The notes below the pieces were generated by a model. That model saw nothing but the letters and a program-made list of their open reading frames with translations. It did not search any database and was not told the DNA's origin. A DNA stretch of 64,000 nt from Paraphysomonas bandaiensis (taxonomy: Eukaryota; Protista; Chrysophyceae): contig CBFFRP010000090.1 of NCBI GenBank assembly GCA_965644295.1, positions 1-64,000 of the forward strand. Reading direction: 5' to 3'. Below, piece by piece: positions 1-14,229 of the stretch (positions are counted from its first letter, which is position 1; the number at the start of each line of letters is the position of its first letter). The position numbers were made by a program, and so were the translations under genes.

Positions 1-47
1 ATAAATCAAGGTTTTTATATAAAAATTGGGACGTTTTTGCTTAAAGC

Positions 48-146
48 TTCGCCATTATATCACTACAACTACATTCCAGAGCTTTAAGCATATTCGCCAT
101 TATATCACTACAACTACATTCCAGAGCTTTAAGCATTGCCATTATA
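48..146. repeat. 45-bp tandem repeat (2 copies plus a partial third)
   Basis: TTCGCCATTATATCACTACAACTACATTCCAGAGCTTTAAGCAT starts at 48 and again at 93; a partial GCCATTATA follows at 138-146. Confidence 0.9.
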
Positions 147-156
147 CATTATTATA

Positions 157-326
157 AAAAAGTCATATAGATAACAAAGTAGATTTAATAAGTAGTTTTA
201 ATGGTAGAATCCCGGGGTTTTACAAACCTTATAAATTTAAATTATTTTTCATTTTAATTTTTCCCTCTCTCTATATCTACTATTAAATCTACTTATTAAA
301 TCTACTTTACTATCTATATTACTTTT
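157..326. repeat. 52-bp imperfect inverted repeat in an AT-rich segment
   Basis: Arm 157-208 (AAAAAGTCATATAGATAACAAAGTAGATTTAATAAGTAGTTTTAATGGTAGA) matches the reverse complement of ~276-326 with about 5 mismatches. Confidence 0.85.
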
Positions 327-569
327 TATTATAAACATTATAAAAAATATATAAAGTTATTAATTTTATTTAAGAATATAAATAATATATAAAGTAATTA
401 AAAGTTATTAATAATATATAAAGTAATTAAAAATATATAAAGTTAAATTAGCAAAGAGAAGGAATTACAACCGAAGGTTGTAATTGGAAACACTCGAAGA
501 GAAGAGGCCCCTTGAGGGGCAGTGGGGTAGAAAAGAGGCTTGTCCTTCTTCCTCCCTCCCCGTTTTTTT

Positions 570-876
570 TATTGAACTACAACCAACTCCTACGTGCGTA
601 CTTGAAGTTTGGTAAAGCCAATCGCTAGTAGTTATCCTGTATTCTATGTAGCAATGAAATACAGAATATACATGACTACAGTATAGGAGTAGCTATTACA
701 AGTATACAAAGAAACTGAAAATATAGTAGCTGTTAAAGATATGATTTGTAGAACAGAATGTTGATGTTGGTGAATGACGTGGTTCCTAACTCATAGGGCT
801 ACAACATTATAAACTTACTATATCTCCTATAATATCAATCAGTCAATATTGCACTAACTATAAGCGTAAGTTAATA
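570..876 (+). mobile_element. Solo LTR (307 bp) of the Copia family found at 31378-36556
   Basis: Same length and TATT...AATA ends as the intact element's LTRs, with 5 substitutions by eye. No PPT upstream, no gag ATG downstream, and the flanks (TTTTT / GTCCT) do not form a TSD. Confidence 0.95.
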
Positions 877-1263
877 GTCCTCTCTCTGTGATCTTGGTGC
901 AGATAGGTTCCACCACTTTCTGGGCAGCATTCGTGATATTCAATAATTTTTTAGCTACATCTAGTATTCTGTAATATATTGAAACTCTGTCAGAGTTTTA
1001 TCTTCCAATGCATCAGGAAAATTGCACAAACCAAATGAAGTAGCATGCAAGCATGCAATCATTGTCATCGTTATGTGGTGTTAATGTGTTGTATGTGTAC
1101 AGTTTTGTAGTATTGTACGTCTCACAACCGTAGAGTTATTATAGAAATAAAGTTGATTGAGAGTTCATTGACGCAAACGATGGACTAGGAAACTTTAGTA
1201 ATGAGGAATTAGATTGCGCTGTATAATATTATTACGCTAGTAGTACATTGTACAAACATTATA

Positions 1264-2217
1264 CTAGCCATGATATATTTTAAAGGGTAGACTTCCTGCT
1301 AATGAATATTGCATTTCTGTTTCCGACAACACCTCGTTGTTTAATACCTTATCTATTAGAAGAGTACTCATTGGAGACGCCTGTTTCCTAAATGTTTCTA
1401 TCGGCATCCACATCGCCGCCTCTATCTCATCGTCAACAGTGATATCTCTCGTCGTCGCTTCCAGTAAACATACTGTATATATATTACTGCGGCCAAAATT
1501 CTGATTGTGGGTGTGACGAAACGATATGACTTTACTGAACTTAGCATTAACACCGGTTTCTTCCCACACCTCTCGAACTATAGCATCTCCAAAGTCCTCC
1601 CCAAGATCTACGTATCCACCAGGAAATTTCCAGATTTTATTATGAGGGGGGCGCTCTTTCACTACCAGTAGTTCATTCCCAGATACAACGATACCACCCA
1701 CACCACAGTGGTGGGTTGCATAGGTCGGGATTCTGGAGTTGCCCTCAGCTAACCATAGGGTCAACACGGCATTGGTACCTTCTGCATGATGGTATTGAAA
1801 TCCACAGTCTCTATACATCATAAGTTATCATACCGATCAATAAGCACGACATATGCATAATAACCTTGATGGTGCCAAGTACTGACAGTGAGAGAGAGGA
1901 ACATGTAACGTAACTGAGCTCTTCTTATGTTCCCTTAATTGAGATAGCGTGTTATCTAGAAGCGTTTCAAATTCAGTGGCATCCAGTGCAAGTGATCCGG
2001 CCTAAAACATATAGAAGAGTTAGATGTTATCATGCAGTCATCGTCACTTTACGTCTATAACTGCAGCGTTGTACGGTGAATCCTTATACGGAAGGACACT
2101 TGACGACGATGCACTTGCAAAAGATCTCGCATGTCTTAAAAGTCCTAATGTCCTGGACCCACATATATATTTGATCATGGTGAACGCAGCATTAGTAGAA
2201 TTTATTGAGGCTCTCAT
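1264..2217 (-). CDS. Nudix hydrolase, NUDT6-like (3 exons, possible N-terminal organellar presequence)
   Basis: Nudix box GGYVDLGEDFGDAIVREVWEETG; NUDT6-type GFQYHHAE and ATHHCGVGG motifs. Exons ~2217-2048, 2001-1865, ~1810-1264. Start codon uncertain (2217 or 2178). Confidence 0.85.
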
Positions 2218-3695
2218 ATAGCGCCCTGTACATATAGCTACAATCATTCGAGCAGTACGATGGAGATGTACATCTATACAATGGAGCAGTACGCACATAC
2301 ATAGGTACATACATCGTATCGGCATCCTGTGTATATTTTTGTTCACATATGCCTCTAATATTGAGACAACAATGATGTGTATTACTGCCGTAGTTGTATG
2401 TAAGTAATATAGAGTATATTTGCTTCAATATATTTCCGAAAACTTAGATGCATACGATAGGTACATACATAGATACATGGTGCATTCTGTCCATGGACTG
2501 ACACTTAGTTGTTAAGGTTTCGTCTTTTAATCTCTATCGTATCAGAGGCAGGACGCGTACACTCTCGCTGCACCAGACACTGACAAACTCTTCTTCCATA
2601 TAGTGATATAGGGGAGTCTATCTTCATACTGACACTCCTTTAGACGCATATAGTTGTTAACACAAGCGAACAATAGTGGCAGTGGTTCACTCTGAGGAGA
2701 TGATTTCTTCTCGTATATACTGCTGAAAGATGTCCGTCATATAATCGTTATCAACGACGGTATTTTATCTTTACGTCAAGAGAATTGCGGGACAGAATCG
2801 GAATAGTGCGACATCTATACAGTAGAAGCAAAGACAATAAGGATGAAGTGATTGTGTTTATAGTGAAAGTGTAAAACTTCACTTATGTATGTTATAAGGT
2901 ATCTTACGCACTATGTGTATTATACATCGTATTGTACTATCCACCCTCGTATCGTATCATCCACACGATGTACTAGCGTGGTGTTTAGTGTTTTGTCAAT
3001 AATAATCACATTATGACCTCACTCTCAATCAGTTTTTGTTGTTAGATTTCACATTCCAACTATAATACATCCTGATATATTTTGAAGAGTTTCACATTAC
3101 ATATCTGAGCGATGAAATATACATCATATATCATATTACTCTCATTACTAATATAACTTTGTATATATATACATACATACGTAATGCGTACTATTTACTG
3201 AGTACAAAGTCATACTGTAATGTATTAGCTATAGATGATAAGGTACTAGAAACTGATAACAATGGTTGTTAGAAGGTTAGAACTGTAATGCCTTTTGTTT
3301 GTAAGACCTAGCTTTTAAGTTGCAACTTATGGGCTAATATTTAACTTGTTAACTTCTAACCGGCCTGCAACACAAACCAAATAAGTATTTTGGAATTCCT
3401 ACTAATGATAGTAGGAGTAGAGTGAAGCCCAAGTTCAGATATATATATAAATATCGCTTTGAGTTATATCCTAAATAAAAAATAGCAGCTAGTAAGATAT
3501 GTATTATTAATCACATACAATATTATGAGAAGACGCAGACCAATATACATTTAAGTATACTTTGCCCATGTGAATATCACCGGATACACAAGCAAGTATC
3601 ATCCAACAATCATGTCACCGCAGAATATATTATTGAACAAAAATATTTACAATAGATATCATTATATATATACCACTAGTGTGAGAACACCCCAC

Positions 3696-5479
3696 TCACA
3701 AAAATGACAGCAGGTCAGTGAGTTCTTTACTGAACTCTGACATCAAAGACCTGGATTCTTCTTCCGTCAATGTCGAATTATCTATCAATAAGTTGTTGAA
3801 GTCCACGTGCTTCGGAGGATCTCTTGGACCAGATGACTTCGGTCTGATAGGATCCAGTGGGACAAAGTTTCTCTCAGAACGCCACTTCTCCACAAATCCA
3901 CCCATTGTCTCACAAAATGGAATTTCCTCATCAAAAACAACAGACCCCTTGGGCATATGGAGATCTTGCTGTGCTCCCTTGAGTGCTACGGCCGCCTTGC
4001 TGGTTGCTCGGTGCTTAGGTCGACTGCGACTAATCCGCTGGGCCTGCTCTTGGGCCGCAGCAGAAGTGACGGAAAAAGCACTGCCTCTTGTAGATTCCCC
4101 TCTGCCAATCACACGGCGGGGCGGCGGAACTTCATCATCGGGCTCAGGAATCACCAGAGGGCGGCGCTGCTGCATATCCAATGCACCCATTGTGTAGTCC
4201 TTTGGTCGGTACTTTGCTTTGTCACGATGAGAGGTCTTCAGTAGCACAGAGTCCACAGATGAGGTACTCAACATGTCTCCTACGCATAAGATTTACATTC
4301 ATTAAAATAGCTTATAGCGTTATTTCACCGATGCTAGGACTCTTCTTGGACGACCGCAAAGAGTGATTGGTAGAATCTGTATCAAGGAATTCCGAAACAA
4401 CCTCATCATAAGAAACACGCCCCTCCCGGTGTTCACCATGGGTAGAAAGATGAACTGTTTGAGGAGATTGCATTCCACTGTGAGCTACCGGTCGACCTAT
4501 GGTAGACCCAGCCGAAGAACGACTCCAAGTACTTCTTGACTGTAAATCTGATGCAGGTAGCTGTGAAAAAAATATCAGTTACTATTTAGCACTAAAGCAA
4601 GTCATAAAAGATGCATTACTAGAGTACCTGTGAATGGGGTCGAGAGCAGCGGATAGGAGAAGTATATCCTGGTCCGTAGAAAAGCTCCTCCTCCCCGCTG
4701 GAGATAGCAGCTTCTTCCGCAGCTTGATACAAGAGAGAGCGTTGCTCCAATTCACGTGCCCGAGATTCCTGGTCCCTTCTGACATGGTTACGCCCTGTAC
4801 TCTTGAATGGCAACTGATGGGACCCCGGCGACATTTCCTTCGATTGAAGGTCCGTTTCATAGTACCCCGGGTGAAACCACTCTGGCAGAGAGCTCTTCGG
4901 ATGATTACCTTTCCCGTATCGACCATCTTTCGTCACCAACGTTCTGTCGTTCCTAAAAGAAGTGTTCGCTCCATTATAGTTTTTGACCACACGTATAACC
5001 TCCCCTTCCGGTCTACTTCCTAGAAAAAAAGATGGACCCGGCTCTTTTTGTCTCTTCGATGCCCTAAACTGCTCTAATGACTTGCCTTCCAAATGATGTC
5101 GGGAATTCGGGCGCTTCAAATTCTCCATCAATGTAGTGTGACCTGCGTTGTTGTATAAGAATTACCATAGTAGCAAACAGTCAAGTAAAACTTCCCCCTC
5201 ACCACTTTTTTTCTGCAAAAGAGATTTGTGCTTCTGATATTTAAGTATTTTTACTTCTCGCAGAGTCGGTAGTCTCTTAGCAACATCATATCGGAGTAAC
5301 TTATCCATCTTCTCGTGCCACGCAACCTTATCGCGTAGTTCTGCATCCTCAGCAGGCTCATTGTGCATCATTAACTCTAGGCGATGCAGTTTCTTCCCTG
5401 CTTTTTTAATAGATGATCCGACAATATCGAGCATGAGCTCTTGTCGGTCCAGTGAGTCTGTTACGTGAGATACAAGCAT
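3696..5479 (-). CDS. Hypothetical spliced protein (Ser/Arg/Pro-rich, about 4 exons)
   Basis: Open frames at ~5479-5203, ~5142-4628, ~4560-4329 and ~4279-3696 can be joined through short GT-AG introns. No recognisable domain. Confidence 0.6.
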
Positions 5480-5622
5480 GATTACTTCCCAATGGTACAG
5501 CTCAACAGTATATCTTTCTATTATTTGTTTCGTGGAATTGGCGACATAGATACGATTGTGATAACAAGAGATGCAGAGAACTGTGCGTGGACAGAATGTA
5601 ACAACATGAAAACAGAATGCTG

Positions 5623-5922
5623 CATATACATACATACATACATACATACATACGTACATACATACATACATACATACATACATACATACATACATACATA
5701 CATACATACATACATACATACATACATACATACATACATACATACATACATACATACATACATACATACATACATACATACATACATACATACATACATA
5801 CATACATACATACATACATACATACATACATACATACATACATACATACATACATACATACATACATACATACATACATACATACATACATACATACATA
5901 CATACATACACACATACATACA
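5623..5922. repeat. (TACA)n microsatellite, ~300 bp, between divergent genes
   Basis: Near-perfect CATA/TACA array; it explains the MYVC/HTYI ORFs. Confidence 0.98.
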
Positions 5923-6002
5923 GTGTGTTGAGGATCTCTACATATGCAGATCTCTGAATGAGGAGATATGAAGTGAAGGCTTTTACCATACTGTAATAAT
6001 AA

Positions 6003-7665
<1,663 letters not shown>

Positions 7666-7890
7666 GCATATGTTTAGTATATCTGAAGCCTGGTTATGAT
7701 TTCATAACATATGTGAAGTGAGATTGTGTGCCCTATTATTTATACTAATAAATCACAATCTTTAATACTTAACGCGCCTTGGTAATATACAGGTCTTCTA
7801 TAATCCTCTGGCTATTGCTATACGAAAACCGAAGAAACTGAGACTGTGGAGATTTTCTTTTCGCGAGCAATTAGAAGCTGTAGTTCTAGG

Positions 7891-8130
7891 TATTTGAATT
7901 ATAACCGTAACTCAACGAATACAGCAGCAGTTGACTGTATTATATGATAGTTAAACTAATAATATGATAGTTAGTGTAGTAATGAAACTGAAATATATTG
8001 ACTGTACAAGATAGTGACAACATAAGATCGTACTAGAAACTAGAAAACGTAAAGAGTTGGTGAATGATGTGTGATCCTCTAAGTTCTAAGTTTCATAACT
8101 ACTAATATAACCATTAAACCTGCTAATAAC
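7891..8130 (+). mobile_element. Degenerate LTR relic related to the Copia LTR
   Basis: TATTTGAATTATAACC resembles TATTGAACTACAACC; GTAGTAATGAAACTGAAATATA resembles the LTR's GTAGCAATGAAA / GAAACTGAAAATATA; GTTGGTGAATGATGTG resembles GTTGGTGAATGACGTG; all in the same order. Confidence 0.55.
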
Positions 8131-8697
8131 GTCAATTTCCAACCGTTACCGTTCCTTATAAATCATGAGAACTGAGGTACATCACAGTAGGGTTCTGTAC
8201 TTTATATATTTCATACTGAACTATTTAATGCCAAGTCTACAGTGTATTTACTATTTATCGCATGGAGTCCTATAGTGATTATGTAGTGGAGTGTCATTAC
8301 ACTATAGTGGCCACATTGTCAAGACTGAGAAATATCAGGCTATGTGTAATAAATCATCCAACTATATAATAATATGTTTAAGCATATAACAAATAATCTT
8401 TAAGTAGTCTGGATAAATGATAAAGAAAAAGTTTTAAGCGCAATATAGTAGTAGTTTACCACCTAAGATTCCACTACCACTAGTGGTAAATTAAACGACT
8501 CCCAAGCATATCTCATAGATTAAACACTCTGAAAAGAAAGTAATTATGACTCTATATTAATCTACGTTGGACATTTATATATAATAGACATTTATTTCAA
8601 GACACTAAAATTTGTGGGTATTTTTCGTCTCCCATAATACTCCAACCTTACATGATATTTGCACACATCTATGACAACGAAAGCCCATAATGTACTA

Positions 8698-10784
8698 CTA
8701 TGTTGTATCTATAGATGTGTCGGCCTTACGACCCTTTAAAGTTGATAAAATCGTCTTATTCGTGAGATGATCACTTGGAAATATTTCAAATATTTCTAAG
8801 CACAATGGGTGTGTTAAATCTATACCACGAATGCTGAAGAAATGATTACAACATACTTCGTGATATAAAGAAATCACAACTTCGTACCTCGTCAGGGAAA
8901 GCAACTCACATCGTTTCAGGCTTTGGCATATACACCTCAGACCATCCTGTCCAATGTTATTACCTTCAACACTGCAAAAATACGGTGGTGATAAAACAAC
9001 TTAAACGACTTATGTATATTGTACTACCTAATATGTTTCAAACTAAAATTGAACTCTATAATACCACCTAACCCCATGCACCCATCGTCCCCTAAACTGT
9101 TCCCATTGAGACTGTTTTAAAATAAAATTATTCAAAGTAAAATCAGAGAAATACATACTCCAAATGCTCTATAGCGTCGTTTCGTTGAAGTATCTCGCAA
9201 AATTCTTTACAACCCTGTGGGCCCACATTGCAGCCATTAACACTTACGCAAACATAAGTTCCTTAAGATAAGAAAATAATATCACAATAACCTTAGACTA
9301 GTTAAACTATGGTTCCCTTCAAGGCCTTTAGCGAGCTCTCTCGCTCCTTCTGCGTATATTGGATTCCGACCCACACTGCAATTTAGAAATTTAAATTAAA
9401 TAAAGCGCGAAAATAAAAGGAAGAGAAACAAATAGGCGTAGTGTAGGTTAAAATTACTTGAGTGTTGATAGAGTCGTGTTTAGCTGCAGAGCGGCGGCAA
9501 TAGCTCGACATCCCGCTGCCCCAATTCGATTATACTTGAGACTGAATGTAGTCAAATCAGAAAAAACTACTTAAAGTAATATAACTGCAGTAAATGTACG
9601 ATAGTTCACTTGCGTACATGAGTGTGGTAATAACGAAAATTTACAATGCATATAGAACCACGTACTCCAAAGTAGTTAGCGTGGAGTTTCTCCCAAGAGC
9701 TTCTGCTATGACAATACAGCCATCATTGCCAATTTCATTTTCACCCAGCCTGCATATTTTCACAATGAGATATGCTATTGAGAGTTGTAGATGAAGCAAG
9801 CAGATATGAAGCACGTGAGCCTTACAATAGAGTCGTGAGTGATGCTTGGTAATTGCAGATATACTCCGCGAATGCAACTCCTCCGTCGTGGCCAATGGCA
9901 TTGTAGCTGATACTGGATATATATTAGCCATGCGTAAACATAACATCGCTCATTACTCAAGGGTTCTAAGGGTGTAATTAGTTTGTAGGGCTCTTGACAG
10001 GGCTATCGCATTTGTCGGTCCCAATGAATTACAACGTAGACTGCAATACAGAAGTAAATCATCAGCGTACATCTTCAGCTACATGGCTCACCCAAGTTCC
10101 TCTAAAGTAGTATTTTGACGCAGAATATCAGTAATAGCAAGCAACGGCAAAGGCCCAATATTTTTGCCTCTCAGACTGTAAGTTGAGTCACAGATGAAGG
10201 CAAACCATTAAGAAGGAGTGAACTCACTCTATAGATGTCCTATCTCCAAATAGCTTTATATAGAGCGATTTGTTATTTTGTATCAAACAATTCTGAATGG
10301 TTCTGATGTGTGTTTCTGGAATAGGATTGTTGTGCAGCCTGTATCGTCATATGAATATATGCTGTTATCATGTAACTGTTCTTACTTTATATCAATGAGA
10401 GTGGAGTTTATCTTAAGAACATCTATGAGAGACTCAGCTCCCTGTTCGCCTATGAGGTTATCGCTAAGGCTGTAAGATACAGTTACACTCAGTGAGAGTC
10501 ACAGTCGATCATTACTCAATCGACTTCAGATAGTTGTTAGTCCGCAGTGCATGAGCTATGGCCCCCGCCTCACTGTCACCGATCTGCTTTCCTCTTAAAC
10601 TATAGCACAGCATACACGTGAATACACAGCATGTATATATATACAGGACCCTATAGACTATACAGGACCCTGTAGAGGACCCTATAGAGGACCCTTACCT
10701 CAGAGACGGAGATTTCTTAGTATTTACTACTTGAATATAGTACCGCAGCTCGTTGAGGAAGAGAACTGAGGCAATCGCTCCCAT
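8698..10784 (-). CDS. RI-like/NLRC3-like leucine-rich repeat protein (13 exons)
   Basis: Repeats such as LGENEIGNDGCIVIAEALGRNSTLTTLE and LKYNRIGAAGCRAIAAALQLNTTLSTLK, each on its own GT-AG-bounded exon; spliced reading frame stays open to the stop at 8698. Confidence 0.88.
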
Positions 10785-11584
10785 TGCATTCCAAGATAAT
10801 GAGATAGTGTGGTCGACACACGCATCTGTGTGTATATCTACAGGAGGACTCGATCTAGGAGTGTACGTATATATGAATATACATGCATGCGCACATCTGT
10901 TATATACCGTAGACTACACACCGTATACCACATAGAAGTCACTTGCTGTTACAGAGTGCCGAGCATCACTCCAACCATCACACATTGCACTGACATGATG
11001 TGTCGCTATACCATACTATAATAAATCGCTAGATAGCAATGGACGTCTTATGGAACACAATTACAGAGCGAACACTAACCTAGCTGAGCTGCAAACCACA
11101 GAATCGTACTATATAGTAGAACAGGGTATAATGTATAATCATCTTCAGAGGCGACATTTTATAATACGCTAAAATATTTCGTTCTGACATCAAACTTACT
11201 ATTAAAGAATAGCATTCAGAAGTGTTTTTAATATAACATTTTAACTTTCTCAATTTTATGCCTTCAACAATTTTATTTAGCTATCTCGTTGTTAAAAGAG
11301 CACTATACGAGCGGAATAAAAAAAACAAATAATTTCTTACTACTTTGTGTGTTCATATTGCATATTCCAACTTTCACATGCAATTACACTGAAAAATATT
11401 TAGCAAATTGGTATCTACCGTGTATCCCAGTTTTATCAGTATATAAATTTAACATGTAAAATAAAGTATTGAACAATGTTGAAGCTTTAGTAGAGCTCTA
11501 TTTTCTGTTGCTGTTGTGCGCTTCGTTTTTTTCAAGTTTACATATTCCGCCAACTCCTCCTGACTACTTGCCGAGACAATAAAT

Positions 11585-12830
11585 GTATGAGACATGAGTT
11601 TCTCCGCACTTGCCCTGGCGGATGGACTGACGACAAGGCAATTGGATAGAAAGTACTGCAGGGAGCGTGGCCCCTTAAACGGATCTTTAACCGTAGGTAC
11701 ATCATAAATAAAGGGCGCTAATGCAGTAGAGGTCGGTCATTTTAGTAAGAGTAATCCAAGACTCCATATGTTCACCTACCAAATGTAAGAACAACAGTGG
11801 AAGTAATCGTGAACGAAGCATGTATACACTCCAATGTTCTATATATAAAAATATCGTCATGATACAGCTCAATCACTAAAAACAGAAGTAGCGCATACAT
11901 AAATTATACCTTATCACAATAGCATATACCACGGATCAGTTCGGGTGTCACCCAATATAGTGTGCCAACAACAGAACTTATCTTCGACTGGTCTCGTGCT
12001 AAAATGACAGCAAACCTAAGTTCTGCCATTTTCACTTCACCAATGTATTCCACCTAGACATGTTTCAAATGCGCACAAAAGAGTACATTCGTCCCAGTCA
12101 TTTATGACCAACACGGTATTGTCGTTACCCATTACCCTGAAGGCCTAGAAAATAGTCAACAACACCAACTTACCAAGACATTATCACTTTTAATATCTCT
12201 GTGAATTCTGTGTAAACAACGACTCAGCTGCATACGACAGACATGCGCCACATATGCCACTGGATAGTTGACCCGTGTGTCGAGGCAGCTTCTGACGGAA
12301 GAGACGGAAACAAATCACAATCTAAACACCACTTCCTCCTAAAACTCAACGATGTTTCATTCGTTAGGTCACATATTGACTGTAATCCCATCTCATTTGT
12401 TAGATCAGCAAGCTGAGTTGACAATGCCTGATGAAGCTTGACCCATTTCCGAAATAAAGGAGCATAGCTCTCCTATTTGATCATTGCGACCTTAGTTATA
12501 TCACGACTAATATCATCCATCTTAGGTATATGGGCAGTCCTAAAATCTCCAGAGGGCATACTGATGGATCCCTCCTCAATGGGCTGTTCTCTCGTATTTA
12601 GATAACGGGGGCATTCAGAACAATTCTCGTCGGCTCTGGCATACCCTGTGAATATATGGAGTGAAATTTGTTTAAAATAGTGAACATCACTGATACTTAC
12701 CTCAAATCCTGTCGAGGTGTTGGATGTGCCGATATCCATAAGAAAAGGATCCGAGTCCTTTACCGTGAGTTAGCTCTGTGGCTAGATTAGAGAGAAGCGA
12801 CTTCAATCTCCATCACTCGCCAAGATACTT
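11585..12830 (-). pseudogene. Decayed PAK/STE20-like kinase pseudogene
   Basis: Minus-strand fragments RIHRDIKSDNVL, EVKMAELRFAVIL (degenerate DFG), SSVVGTLYWVTPELIRG and FLSNCLVVSPSARASAEKLMSHTF, broken by stops and frameshifts. An intron is retained after DNVL. Confidence 0.7.
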
Positions 12831-13209
12831 GAGAGAATAAGTGTCTAGTCCATATACAGAGCGGTACGGATAGGAGGGAAGGAGGACATCGTCTTGGATC
12901 TCTATGGTACACTGTACCTCCACACGTGTCCTGATAGACTCCACAGAGGTGTACAAATCAAGTACAATCCACTGTTTTTATCAATAAAATCCAGTGAGAA
13001 CTGAAAAATAGTGTGTGTTTTAGTGTCTGCAAAAGATATAATCCATCTGTCAACCGTTTTACTTGAGTTGGATCGTTATTTTTTGTGTATGATACGATCG
13101 ATACGAGCAACAGTTCGCCACACTATACACACACACACACATATATATATACATATATCTGCCAGCCATAGTCAATACTACGCCCTTAAGGGAGAGTTAA
13201 GTTGACACT

Positions 13210-13939
13210 ATGTTCAGGAATACTTATCAGTCCGGATTTTTATCCATTCTTTATTCTATAGGGTATGTCATATGTGATTCTAGTGCATAGCAATTGATAT
13301 GAATATGCAGGAGCAAGCCGTTGCAAATATGGGACAAGAAAGTCAGAAATGGTCATATCAAGCGTATTACTGATCCCGATATTCAGTCTTCTGTTCTAGA
13401 AATTATGGGTACAAATGTGAGCACGACGTTTATTCAGTGTCCCGCAGACCCCAAAAAGACACTTGGTATTAAATTGCCCTTCTTGGTCATGATTATTAAG
13501 AATGTGAGCTATTGAGTGTTTCAATCTTAATACCTGCTAACTCATATATATCTTACAGTTGAGAAAATACTTCACATTTGAGGTTATGGTACTTGATGAC
13601 AAGAATGTACGAAGGCGGTTTCGTGCCTCTAACTACCAGTCCACCACAAGAGTGAAGCCGTTTATATGCACAATGCCGATGAGACTAGATGAAGGATGGA
13701 ATCAAATTCAATTCAACTTATCAGACTTTACACGTCGCGCATATGGAACAAATTATATTGAAACTCTTCGTGTCCAAATCCACGCTAACTGTCGAATTCG
13801 TCGAATTTACTTTTCCGACAGACTTTACTCTGAAGAGGAACTTCCTCCAGAGTTCAAGCTCTTCCTTCCCATTACACAGCAACAACAACAGCAACCAAAT
13901 CCTGGATCCGCAGGTATGGGAGATGGTATGCAGGGGTAG
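13210..13939 (+). CDS. CFAP20: Cilia- and flagella-associated protein 20 (BUG22), 3 exons
   Basis: [18 protein letters not shown]|[18 protein letters not shown]...[17 protein letters not shown], very close to known CFAP20; short poly-Q tail. Confidence 0.97.
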
Positions 13940-14229
13940 AGGATATATTTGTACTCTTGACACCCTAAATAGATCTTTGATGGCATGTGTGATGAAACAT
14001 CGACGTGTGTGGATTTCGAATTAACAAACTAGTGTTGATTTGGCAGCATGGTTATATATAATGAGTAGATAGTTCAACGTTTGTGGTACCATAAGAAATA
14101 AATTTATTTTGCCGCATCAGAATATGATGTAGCAGTCAACTAATCAATGTGATATTTGGCGGTATGGAATATTGAGTTTTGCAGATTGTGAGCAATTGAA
14201 AGCTGTGTTTCAAGGTATTTAAATATGAC

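Noticed and set aside
48-146. Repeat that could be read as CRISPR-like
   Set aside because: Contiguous tandem copies with no unique spacers, no cas genes, and a eukaryotic context.
463-569. Helitron 3' end or rho-independent terminator
   Set aside because: No CTRR follows the hairpins, the T-run is ~40 bp from the nearest stem, and the context is not prokaryotic.
3718-4244. Antisense ORFs overlapping real genes (also within CEP78-like, FTSJ3, gag-pol and others)
   Set aside because: Shadow frames of coding sequence on the opposite strand, with no motifs.
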